The translations under genes were made by a program, and so were the position numbers. Under the pieces are notes generated by a model. It made no database searches. It worked only from the letters and a program-made list of their open reading frames with translations, and was not told where the DNA came from. From Haliotis rufescens (lineage: Eukaryota): a stretch of DNA of 64,000 nt. The stretch lies in the NCBI RefSeq assembly GCF_023055435.1, contig NW_025963979.1:5394001-5458000 (forward strand). The letters run 5' to 3'. Positions 40,401-53,700 of this stretch are shown here, one piece after another; positions within the stretch are counted from its first letter, which is position 1; every line of letters begins with the position of its first letter.

Positions 40401-41733
40401 ACAAGTCCGGCACACAGACCGATTTCCGGATCCCTGCTTTCAATGTAGAGCAAGGTTACCTGTAGATTTAACCACATTAAATAGAATATGGAACATGCAG
40501 CGTGACGATTTCAAATCTTAAATTGTTGCATATAATTGTACGTATAATTATTTAAATATGCCTATACTGACAATGCCTGTTAAAGAAGTACTATTCCGAA
40601 AATATTAGCTTCCGCGGTGATGGGGCCATCAAATCGGCTGTTTCAATCAGAGGGGGTTTATTGTGATTTGATACCATTGATTGACCAATCAAAATCGTGT
40701 ATTAACCAAATTCATGGTAGAATAACAGTTCAGTTACAATTATTGGAGTAAATGTTTATTAAACCTTTGTCTTTAGTGTGATCAGTAGCAACCACTGGGC
40801 TTCCCCACTCCCTACACTGACTGAGAAATACAGACTGTTGATGTTGCTATGTAGGATATGGTAGTGATGTTGCATGTGTTGCAGGTGCTGGGAAGACGCA
40901 CACTATGTTGGGAACAGACAAGGAGCCGGGCATCATGGTCCTCACCCTGAATGACCTCTTCCAGGAGATGGAGAAGACGAGCAACAATATGGCCTACAAA
41001 GTATCCATGTCCTATCTTGAGGTATTGTTGATGTTGATGCCTCCTAATAGCAAACTCTGTTTTCCAGAAATAATTCCTGGTACTGTTAAATACATTCCAC
41101 ACCCCATTACTCCAGAAACCTTGACTTCCGGACAATTACCATTTCAGATTGTTCATATATGAGTAATAGCTGATAATTATGTATCAGTGGTTTATTAATT
41201 TAGTAATAACAACATTATAACATAGAAAGTTCAGGTGGTTCTAATATAGGTAAGCAGTGGTTGTAGTAACATGAGTCTGTTGAATGTCTTTGTTCTAGAT
41301 CTACAACGAGATGATCCGCGACCTCCTTAATCCCTCATCAGGCATCCTCGACCTTCGAGAAGACTCCCGGGGTCAAGTTCAGGTTGCAGGTTTATCAGAG
41401 GTCACTGCAAGGTCTACAGATGAGGTCAGTTGAACTCTGTTACCAGAGTTAGTCAATTTATTGTAATTTGCACGCTGATGAATATTAACGTTTTAAAGAG
41501 TATAAAGAGACTTGTCTTGTTAATGGAGATAATGAGTGATGGCAAAGAGAAAGGCATAACCAAACTTTAATATCAATAAAATGCTTGTGTTCAATCTTGT
41601 AGCTGGTGTGACATCTAAGACTGTAAGAGTTATTCCCCTTTCATACATAGACAGTTTATATCTAATGCATCAGGAGTGTCCATGTATATGTGTGTGTGTG
41701 TGCGTGTTCATGTTCATGTGTGTGTGTGCGTGA

Positions 41734-41772
<39 letters not shown>

Positions 41773-44700
41773 CACAGAGATAATCTTTTCAAGGATTTAT
41801 CGGAGCAACATACACAAAATCAATGTGAATTTCAAGAGGTCCTATATGTGTGGACTAATCCCTTAAGGCTAAATGTTTTATTTTCAGCTATTTTCACTTA
41901 GTTTGTTTGTTTGTTGTTTAACACCTCACTCAGCAATATAGCAGCTACATGACGGCGGTCTGTAAATAATCGAGTCTGGACCAGATAATCCAGTGACTGA
42001 CATCATGAATGTTGATCTACGCACTTGAGATACGATGACATGCATTGATCAACAAATTCAGTGAGCTTGACCACCTGATCCCGTTTGTTGCCTCTTACGA
42101 CAAGCAATGTCGCCTTTTACAGCAAGTATGGGTTGCTGAAGGCCTATTCTACCCTGGATGTTCACGTGTGTCACTTGGTTCACACTTGATGATTTCGTTT
42201 GTTTGTTTGTTGTTTAATGCCGTACTCAGCAATATTCCAGCTATATAACGGCGGTCTGTAAATAATCGAGTCTGGACCAGACAATCCAGTGATTGACAAC
42301 ATGAACATTGATCCACGCAATTGGGATCGATGACATGCATCAACCAAGTCAGCAAGCCTGACCACCCGATCTCGTTAGTTGCCTCCTACGACAACTATAG
42401 TCACCTTTTACCACAAGCATGGGTTGCTGAAGACCTATTCTACCCGGGATATTCACGGGCCACACACATGATGAGTAGGAGTAAGTTTGAGGGCACAGGT
42501 GTGTTAAGGTGCTAGCTAGGCTTCCCTTGATGAAGCCCTAGTGATCGGCAGCCCCTGTTTGTTGTAAGTCTGTGAATCCTACAGACAATTGTTGGATTTG
42601 TCAGGTGATCCAGATGTTGATGAAGGGCAATCAGGAGCGTACCCAGGAGCCCACCGCAGCCAACAAGACTTCGTCGCGGTCCCATGCAGTGCTGCAGGTC
42701 ATCGTGAAGCAGCGCAACCGCGTCCGCAACACCATGCAGGAAGTACGCACGGGGAAACTGTTCCTCATCGATCTGGCAGGGTCAGAACGTGCAGCAAACA
42801 CACACAACCGTGGCAAGAGGATGGTGGAGGGGGCTCACATAAACAGATCCCTCCTTGCCCTGGGCAACTGTATCAACGCTCTTAGTAAGTCACAGACAGA
42901 CATAGTGTGGAGGGGGCTGACATAGACAGATCCCTCCTTGCCCTGGGTAACTGTATCAACACTCTTAGTAAGTCACAGACAGACATAGGGTGGAGGGGGC
43001 TCACATAAACAGATCCCTCCTTGTCCTGGGCAACTGTATCAACACTCTTAGTAAGTCACAGACAGACATAGTGTGGAGGGGGCTCACATAAACAGATCCC
43101 TCCTTGCCCTGGGCAACTGTATCAACACTCTTAGTAAGTCACAGACAGACATAGGGTGGAGGGGGCTCACATAAACAGATCCCTCCTTGCCCTGGGCAAC
43201 TGTATCAACACTCTTAGTAAGTCACAGACAGACATAGTGTGGAGGGGGCTGACAGACAGATCCCTCCTTGTCCTGGGTAACTGTATCAACGCTCTTAGTA
43301 AGTCACAGATAGACATAGGGTGGAGGGGGCTCACATAAACAGATCCCTCCTTGCCCTGGGCAACTGTATCAACGCTCTTAGTAAGTCACAGATAGACATA
43401 GGGTGGAGGGGGCTCACATAAACAGATCCCTCCTTGCCCTGGGCAACTGTATCAACACTCTTAGTAAGTCACAGACAGACATAGTGTGGAGGGGGCTGAC
43501 AGACAGATCCCTCCTTGCCCTGGGCAACTGTATCAACACTCTTAGTAAGTCACAGACAGCTATGGGGTGAAGGGGGCTGACATAAACAGATCCCTCCTTG
43601 CCCTGGGCAACTGTATCAACGCTCTTAGTAAGTCACAGACAGACATAGTGTGGAGGGGGCTGACAGACAGATCCCTCCTTGCCCTGGGCAACTGTATCAA
43701 CGCTCTTAGTAAGTCACAGACAGCTATGGGGTGAAGGGGGCTGACATAAACAGATCCCTCCTTGCCCTGGGCAACTGTATCAACGCTCTTAGTAAGTCAC
43801 AGACAGACATAGGGTGGAGGGGGCTGACATAGACAGATCCCTCCTTGTCCTGGGCAACTGTATCAACGCTCTTAGTAAGTCATAGACAGGCATAGGATGG
43901 AACGGGCTGACAGACAGATCCCTCCTTGCCCTGGGCAACTGTATCAACGCTCTTAGTAAGTCACAGACAGACATAGTGTGGAGGGGGCTGACAGACAGAT
44001 CCCTCCTTGTCCTGGGCAACTGTATCAACACTCTCAGTAAGTCACAGACAGGACACGCATTTGTAAGCAAGGATTATATCCTACCTAAAGATTATCCCTG
44101 GAGGAGTTTTACTCTAGAGTATAGTATAGGATAGGATTAAACACACTGGTATTGCTTCAAATTCACTAGGGAGAATCATCCTGACACTAGAGAATTTCAT
44201 TCCCGGTATACAAAATAGGGTAGGATAATATTCACTCTAACACATACGCTACTCGTTTATCATGTTTATATGTTATGTGTTTTGAGTTACTATTGGTAAG
44301 ATTGAACTAAAGTTAACAATAACTTTTGTACTCATATAATAATTCAAATTTAATTGATGTTATGTTAAGCATGTTTGATTAATGGTATTTATGTATTTTT
44401 TGGCGTTCGTGTTTGAGATCATTTACCAGTGAGTAGGATGTTTATCTACCATATCAGGAGATTATTATACTCCGCAGGTGACAAGAATGGCCCAAAGTAC
44501 ATCAACTACCGAGACAGTAAGTTGACCCGCCTCCTGAAGGATGCCCTTGGCGGCAACTGCAAGACCGTCATGATCGCACACATCAGCCCGGCCAGCCTGC
44601 ACTTTGAGGAGTCACGCAACACACTAGTGTATGCAGACAGAGCCAAACACATCAAAACAAAGGTAGAAACACTCCCAAACTGTTCGCTCATTCAGGATTG

Positions 44701-47700
44701 TTGCTTATCTATATGTATGCCAATCAAAGAAAAAAGCAGAAATTCTGCAACAATCTCCATCCTTCTGCTATGCAAAAGTTACTTTCAACTCCATTGATTG
44801 AGATCACCCACCATCCCTTGCACAAGATATTAAAATTATGTCAGAGTACCAATGAGTTACATGTGATATCAAGCTGCTGTGGTTTCTGTGTGCAGGTGCG
44901 GCGCAATGTGACCGATGTAGCGTACCACATAGCCCAGTACACTAACATCATCTCGGAGCTGCGTGATGAGATTCTCAAACTGCGGAGCCGCCTACAGGAC
45001 CAGGGCACTGGCAGTCGCACCCACGCCAACATCCAGGCCGTGCAATGTGAGTACAGTGCTCCCTCGCTATTACGCTCTTCAATATAGCGCTAACTTGGTT
45101 ATAGGGAACGGTGAAGCAAGGCTCCCAAAACCTTACTTATTTTTAATAAACTCAAGTTTTCAAATGATACAAAGTTTTCCCCATCTAAAAAAACATTAAC
45201 GGTTGATCACCATGATCACGTAACACTGGAAATATACCAGTTAACAAATTCAAACTGAAGTACGCAATTTAATCCCATTATTATACTATCTGCTTATAAA
45301 AAGGTGTTCATTGTTTATCAAAATTTCATTCAATAATGTTTCCATTAATTTCGGCTTAATTGTATGTGAAGTGATCGGTAGATCGCACAACTCACCGTTG
45401 TTTACAGCAACCACATTCAGATTACCGCTATTGACGCCTTGAAAGAGGATGGATACATATATCATAAATGCCATACTTTGACTCGTTAAAAGTCAAATTT
45501 GCGGCTGTTTAACTATTAAATGTCAACATAATGTTTCCGAAATGGAAATACATGTAGCGCGGGAAGTCCCTACTGTGACTGGTCTAATTGTTCCATGCAT
45601 AAAAATATCCGGCAATAGCAATCACCTGAACCAAAGAGCTGCGCTAAAGGTTCTTATAATTTTAAATATATATAGTGAAAGCTGTAACTAAAATAACACA
45701 ATATGGGAATATATTATCCCCGATAAAATAATAATTTCAGATACAATTTCTTCTGACCATTGCATTAAAATTCTTTGAAGTTGTATCATTAGGTACTTTT
45801 TAACTGAATCACTGGTAGATGCGAGAGAAACGTGTGCACAGCTAATTGCTATTTCCGGCTTAGTTCACGAGAAAATACACACGGTAATCTTAATCTCTGC
45901 ATATAAAACAATGCCTTGGAGAGCAGGAAATACATTTTAAATTGTAAATCATCATGTCTATTGATGTTTTATATCAAACTTCATATTTTTATTGACCAAG
46001 TTTGTTATACCTATTCATTCACCATAATTCACTGAAGGGATACGAAGTGTGTTTTTTTTTAAAGCACATAACGCTCGATAAATCATTTTTTACACTATGA
46101 ATCATAAACAACTACTTTTTTTAAACTCTGAAACATAACGTAGATGGTGTTAGGTAGGCAGAGCATGTATACTGTTTTGTTGGTCATCTACCACCTACGA
46201 CTCCACCTCGGTTAAACCGTTGATCGTCTATAACGCTCATCAATTATTTGGGCCCCAAATTTAGCAATGTAGCGAGGGATCACTGATTTAGTTTGCACCA
46301 CTGCACCACTGGTCAAGAAAGGCTAACTTCCACCTTTATTCAAAGGGACATAACTCTATATATCCATTAATCCTGAACTATGGTGCACAGTTTCACTGGT
46401 AAAGGTTACTGTCTGAATTAACATGGTGCTCTGGTTAGAAGTTTAGGATGATGGTATTATGATAACCCAGCCTAAAAAATCATAGTTATAGGACATTTTA
46501 TGTGTGCGACCTATAACTTGAAAACTACTTCATAGATTCTGTTCAAACTTGATAAACACTTTCTATACCAATAGGAGAGGTGCAGTGCAAAGTTTGATTT
46601 CAATATTTGGATTTTCTGAAAAATAGCGCTATTTTTCATTTTTTAACTTAGAATTTATTAGAATTTGTGCAACATTTAACTTGAAAACTAATGCATGGAT
46701 TCTTTTCAAATTCAGGGAACAGTTTCCATACTAATAGAAGAAGTGCAGTGATTTTGATATGTGAAAATATGAATTGTTACATATTTTGAACATAGAATGT
46801 TTTTTTTCACCTCAACATTTGTGCAACCTCTAACTTTAGAACTACTTCATAGATTTTTTCAAATTTAAGGAACATTTTCTATACTAATAGGAGAGGTTCG
46901 GTGCAAAGTTGATTTTAATATGTATATTTTCTGAAAAAATCAGATTTCTTTTTCATGTTTTGAACTTTTAATCAATATTTTTAATCAATGTCAAGTCAGT
47001 GTCAAGTCAAGTGTACTGTATCCTGCAAAACTTGCTGGTGATGCTCTAGTGCTTATTTGAATCATGCCTTTACTATGTTGTATTATTGTGCTTTTTAAGA
47101 GAAACCGGTTCAAATGTTAAGGCTTCAATATATCTCCAATATCAAAATTGTTCTTCAGCTGATGTTAGAGTCGAAGTCAGGGTATTAGTGAGGCCTGCTC
47201 AACTTTGCCTTGTTTTGACTGTCCTGTTGGTTTCTCTCTCTCTCTCTTTCTCTCTCGTATAAACGTAATATTGTGTCATTTCTGCTTATGAACATCAGTT
47301 TTGCTATCATGTGACTGGCCTTTCATCCAGTGTATATCATGTTAACTTTACATTATGATAAAATTATTATATGATAACTATATAATATATGTCTTCATTC
47401 CACAGCGGAGGTACTAGAGGCCCGTCGCCATGCTGACCGAGATGAGATGACCAAGCTGCGAGAACAACTGCTCACTTGCTTCAAGGACCAGATGGAACTC
47501 AGGTTTGAGGATACATACAATTAGTAGAGATTGTTAACTGAGTGTGCTTCTGCATCAGAAATATCATATAGTAGGAATAAACATTGTATTATGTGATGTC
47601 ATTTACATTTGTGAAACCCTTCAGAAACCCTTGAAAGTAGAGGGGTAACTCAGCAGTGCAGGGTGGAACTTTTCACACAAATGACCCCGTTGGTAGAATA

Positions 47701-50700
47701 GGCTCCCAGGATCAATCATTGTTGTTCACACTGACATAGGCAGTATATGACCATGTTGGCCCTCTTCCACAAGTCTATCATAGTGCAAAGACAGTCGTAA
47801 GCCTATGTTACAGTATGGGAGTTACGATCACCTTAGCGCTACGATAGCTTTGTGAAATGGACCCCTGATCTGTTACCTGGTTCATCTTGCATGGTTTGTC
47901 TGGTCCAGACTTGACTACTGACCATGCTGACATCCATGCAAGATAGAGCTGTAATTTGACTACAGAATCACCTTCAGTCACTCAGTTTTCAATTTCCCTC
48001 ATAGATTCTGACAGTTTGTCACATTCCATAATTAGGATGCTGTGAGGATGGAGCAAATGGACTCTCAAGTTTCTGTTTAGACAGTTCAATAATTAGGCTA
48101 TTGAGCCTGTAGGGTTCTGTGAGAGCTGAATGTCCACACTGTGTTGCAGGAAGACGCTGATGGAGCTGAACAATGCCTCCATGGAGATCAGCCTGGAGAC
48201 CAACAGGAACCAGCTCGTCATCAGCGAGTCAGTAGACATGTTAACGTCGCTTAGGTTCATCAGTCATAGCACACCTGGTCATCAGAAAAGCATTACATCA
48301 CTTTATATTCTCCAACTACAGTACACCTGATAATCAAAATTATTCAGTTTAAAGAAGAGTTCAGTCATGTATAAAATATTAAGTTCCATGTTTTAGTAAT
48401 AAGTCCATGGGGGGAAATGAGGATGTGTATTTAAAACAACATGACCTGTTCACGATGTCATCATACAGCTGAACTATTAATGATATGACTCAAGATTGTA
48501 ACACACGCTCCGACTTCTGTTGCAGGTGGGATGTTGAGAAGGCGCGAGGCTCCAAGCGAGAGGATGGTGACAGTACAGACAACAAGTATAAAGGTACCTG
48601 TAACTTCTGTACAGTAGTTACTGAATCTGCGCCCTACGTGTTCCATCGCGATATCTGACTATTGTGAGTATGTTCTGGATGCAGCATCTCAGCCTAACCT
48701 GACTGTGTTTCCAGATGAGCGAGACAGCAAGGGCAACATCATACAGCCAGATGAAGTCCGCGTGGCTCGGGACGAGCTGAAGGTGCTGCATGATGAGAAA
48801 CACAAGACAGAACGTGTGCGATCAACAGTCAGGCGGGAGTTGGAGACGGCCAAACACAAGATGAAGAAATTGGAGGAGGTACGTGGGTTTCAGAAGTGTT
48901 GTTTTATTAGAGACATCACATCCCGCTTGGGCAGTTGCTTATTACATTTACTGTTATTCCAAAGCCCAGAGATTTGTTTCCTCGTGAAATGAAAATGTCT
49001 ACTTATTTAAGTTTTATTTACATTGTGTCTGACCTCAGCACTCAAAGCCAACCTGCGTGAAAAGTTGAACGTGTACTGCTACTTTCAGACCATTAGGTCT
49101 TTGATCAGACTTTAATTGATATGATAGTGACAGTGTTACACCGTAGTGAAAAACTATAGTTATGGCTCAGGAACACAGATGTTAGCCCAGCACCCTACCA
49201 CAGTTCTCCTACAGTGACCTGACTCAATGTGTTCCACACTCTGGACAGTCTCTGTTATGTCACGACATGTAAGTTTGATGTTGGAGGAAAGCCCCATGTG
49301 ATGCAGGCCTTGGGCTAAAAAAAAAAATAGTCTTTGTTCTCAGGCACCACCCTCATCATCATAAAGTCCACTGCACGTTTTGTTTTTATTTCCATTTTCC
49401 CCTAAAAAAAGTCCTCAAAAATTCCTCGTTTCAAACACGCGACACCAGCAGTGAAATGCTACAATATTTAAACACAATGCGATCCAAAATACCGTATATC
49501 ACCGTCTATAAAGCGATCCTGCGTATAAGGCGACCCCCATGTACAAGCCTTCAAAATCAATGCTAATTTATATACCCCGTCTATAAATTGAATGGTAATG
49601 AAGCATGTCACCAGCACATCCCCACAATCCCCACATTTGCAATAAAAACTTGTTTGTCTTCCGCGGAAAAAAATCACATTGTATCCTTTCAGCGATTTCA
49701 GGGAAACAAACAGATCATAACAATTAAACTTGGTCAATACAAATTTCAAATTTGAGATAGAACATCACTTGACATGATGATTTACCAATTCAATTTTCTG
49801 TTCTGATGGGGATTATATGCAGAGATTAAGATTACCATGTGTATTGTCTCGTAAACTAAGCCGGAAGCAACAATCAACTGTGCACACGTTTCACGGAATC
49901 TACCGGTGATTCAGTTTATAATTACCTAATAATATAACTTTAAAGAATTTTGATACAATGACAGTATGAATTGTATCTGAAACTATTATTTTATCAGGAA
50001 TAATTTATTCCAATATCATATTATTTTAGTTGCAGCTCCACTATATACACTTGAACTAAATTAATAACCATAAGCATAGCACTTTGGTACAGCTGATCGC
50101 TCTTGCTTGATATTTTTTCGTATGGAACAATTTGACCAATCACCGTCGATGCTCCCGCGCTCGCAATTGCGAAAACTTTATGTTGACTTAGAATTTTCAA
50201 ACTACAACAAATATGACTTTCAGCAAGTCAATGTATGGCATTTATGATATATGTATCCATTCTCTATCCACTAAAGTTCGTTGCAAGGCATCAATAGTGG
50301 TAAACCATGGTTGCTGTAAATAACAGTGAGTTTTGTGATGTTCTGATCACTTCACCTATGATTTTGCCGAAACTAAGGTAAACAATATTGAATGAAATTT
50401 TGAATAAAATTAATCAAATAGGTGACAAACATAAGTCCAAAGATAAAATGAACAATGTTTGTAACCATGCATTGTAAATGCTCACAGTTCTCACAGTTAT
50501 GTCTTTGTGTCGGTGATAAAAACCCAAAGACTCTTCAACCCTGTGTACAAGATGACCCCCCTTGAAAGCCCCCTAATTCTAGGTACGAAAAACTCACCTT
50601 ATACACAGAGATATACGGTAGCATAAAGTAACTTCCCTTTACAAGCCCACTGCTTTACTGCGCATCTTGTCTTATGGTCATGGCTGCAATAGGAGTGTGC

Positions 50701-53700
50701 TTGTTTTAACATTTGCAAATTTGGTCAATGATAGCATGAAATTTACGATCAAAACTTCACTAGACATGATGATTTACAAATTCAATGGTATTTGTGTACT
50801 GTTTGCCAGACAATGTTTCATATGCGCAGAGATCAAGATTACATGTGTGTTTGTCTCATAAAATAACCAGGGAAATAGCAATCAGCTGTTCACACATTTC
50901 TCCCCTATCTATGGGTCATTCAGTTTAAAAAATACTTAATGTCATGGCCAGTATCATAACTGAAAGAGAGACTTCAATACAGTGATAGGAAGACAGAAGA
51001 CTTGGTATCTCTAATGACTTTTCTTTGAAGGCAAGTTCATGGTGAGTTGATGTGATTTGCCGATCTCTTCATACACAATTTCGCTGAAATTAATGTAAAC
51101 AAAAATGAATTAAATCTTGGATAAAGTATTATCATGGATAAGAAACATAAATCCAGATAGATATACAGTGAACACTTTTATCGTCAGATAATGTAATAAC
51201 AGGACTAACTTGCATACTTCTGTACAAATTTGTTGACATGCTTCTTCCAATGTTGTGTGCTTATGATAACGTCTTCACGTTGTGAAATAAAATCATTGCT
51301 CATTGTATGCGTGTATTATGTGCACACTGGTAGTCCAACGGTAGTCAAATACTGTATTCCAGTATTTTACTCAACAAGGAATACATTTATGTAAGAAGGC
51401 CCTTTCACAGGTTGATTGTACAGAACTGTTTTTGGTTACATACTAGTTTGAACAACAACCAAAAAAAACCACCACCTGCCAGCACTATATTTTCAAAAGC
51501 CATCGCCTGAGGACCAGTTCTCGTAGTTTCTTAAGCCTAAGTTACCATGCCTTTTGTTTACCTTTTTGGTGAAACCCACATGGTATGTGCACAGTATGGT
51601 GCTGAAAAGTATAGAAAAGTATAGAAACAGAATCAAGGTGAATCCACAGCACTCTTGCTAAGCTGCATCACTGTGTTCCAGATCATCCCTCAGCGTATTG
51701 GGGACGACGACCAGCAGGAGACCCTGCAGTTGCTGTGTAAGGTCCATGAGTTGGAGATTGAGAACCTGGAGGTGAAGTCAGCCTGCCTCCTGAGGGACTT
51801 CACCATCAAAAAGAAGGACATGATCATCACCCGCTTCAGACACCACCGCAACCTGTGTGACGAAATCATTAAGCAGCAGAGACAACTCATCACAGGTGTG
51901 TAGAGAGGAAGTTTATAATGACAGGTTAACGTTGTGTATTCATGTAAAGGTTTTATTGATTTGCTCACGAGTACCACAACACAAGAAATACCTATAGACA
52001 AAGGTATCGCTGAAGTGAAGTGCATCTGGAAGTGAAATCTTGTACAGTTATTCCCTTTCCAAATCTTCGCACCATCCGAATTGTTCATTTTTTAGTTTAA
52101 GTAGATCTCCCTTGTGGTCCGCTTCAACATATGCCATCTGGCGTGAGAGAGTCTGTTACCTGCGTATTTACCTGTGAATGTCCCCATCCCTCCTCCACAG
52201 ATCACAAGGTCCCCTGCCCCAAGGAGCTGGAGGATCTCTACCACCTGTACACTGTGGAGAAGGAGGACAAGGTGCTGTATGGGGACGACTCAGACACACC
52301 CAAGGTAGGACACTACACTTATTCTTGGTACAGATTTTACCAACCAGAGTGAACCCTTCCATTTTTTGAATGATTAGAACAAAATCTATGATAAACTTAA
52401 CCTAACAAAAGCAATTGAAATTTCTTGGCATAATACTTAATCAAATTCATTTTGTATATGGGTTCTAACCTATGCAAATACCTAAGAGAACAAAGCCTTC
52501 TGTTTGAAGCTAACGCAGACACATTTTTCCCACTAAACATGGTTTGGGGAGGCAATGGACGACAGTTCATGCTGAAGGGCGTTTTGTCCGTGCACATGAC
52601 GTGAGCTGTGTTGGAATCCTCTGTGTGGAAGAAGACATTTTATTCATAGATGGAAGGAGAGGGGAGTGAAACATTTGATTTATCAATATGCATTCATGGT
52701 AATTATTGTTCCTCTGTCTTCAGTGAAACCCTTGATATAAACATGCATTCATAGTATATGTTGCTCCTCTTACTTCAGCCACTGTCAACAGGAACAAGAC
52801 AAGTCAGCAGTCTCACAGATATTGGCGGGTAGGTTGTCAAATCATTTCAGGGTTATTCTCAAAGTACCACAAACAAATTCTGTATGGTAGAAAGCTTTTG
52901 TTAAAATGTTCCATATGCACTGTTTGCAGAAGGCAGACATTGGATGAGTCTATTTTAAGAGACCGCCTCTGTGGTCAAGTGGTAGTGTGTCTGCCTGGAG
53001 ACCGGAAGGTCCAGGGTTCGATCCCCTCTGTGTCATACCAAAAGAAGTTAAAAGATGGTACTTGTTGTTACCCTGCCTGTGGCACTCAGCATCAAAGGGC
53101 TAAAACAAGGAATGGTCGGTTCAGAGTCAGTCTACTGTGTCTGAGTGGGCTAGCACTATAAAATTTGCATTAGTCCAGACCAATACAAGCAGCCAGACAC
53201 ACAGACACGTGCATGCACATCGCTATGTAAGTGTAATAATCTTGGACACAAAGTTAAACCCCATTTCACCTCATCTTATCTGCTTTAAGAAATGCTAATG
53301 CCTTGTACACTGTTGAGTGAAGTATTCACTCATTCACTCACTTCTACCTGATTGTAGCCATGATGATGACAAGTTCTTCACACCAAGTGCCAAGGCCAAG
53401 CATCTTCAAGGTCTCAGCCAGATCTGGACAGGAAGTCAGTACATGGAGAATCTCAACAGTAGCAGCGCCATCTATCATCCCGTCACAGCATCGCGACAGT
53501 CATTTGATGATAAAGAAGTTATCCAGAGCAATACTCGCAACATTGCAGCACTAGCAGCTAAAAAGAGGACCAAGGCTCATCACGATCACCTAAATGCCGA
53601 GAGACAAGGTCATGGGTCACGACCTCTGTACCGACCCAGTCATGATAGTGATGCAGGGGCCTTAACTCCAAGTCGCCTGGCAAAACATAACAGGACATAC

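Noticed and set aside
43156-43338. Second kinesin gene or mutually exclusive exons
   Set aside because: Copies contain only the exon's 3' end with no pyrimidine-tract acceptor; spacing is too short for introns.
52490-52606. Possible extra exon ending at GAC|gtgagc
   Set aside because: No acceptor gives an open phase-0 frame; E14-E15-E16 already join in frame.
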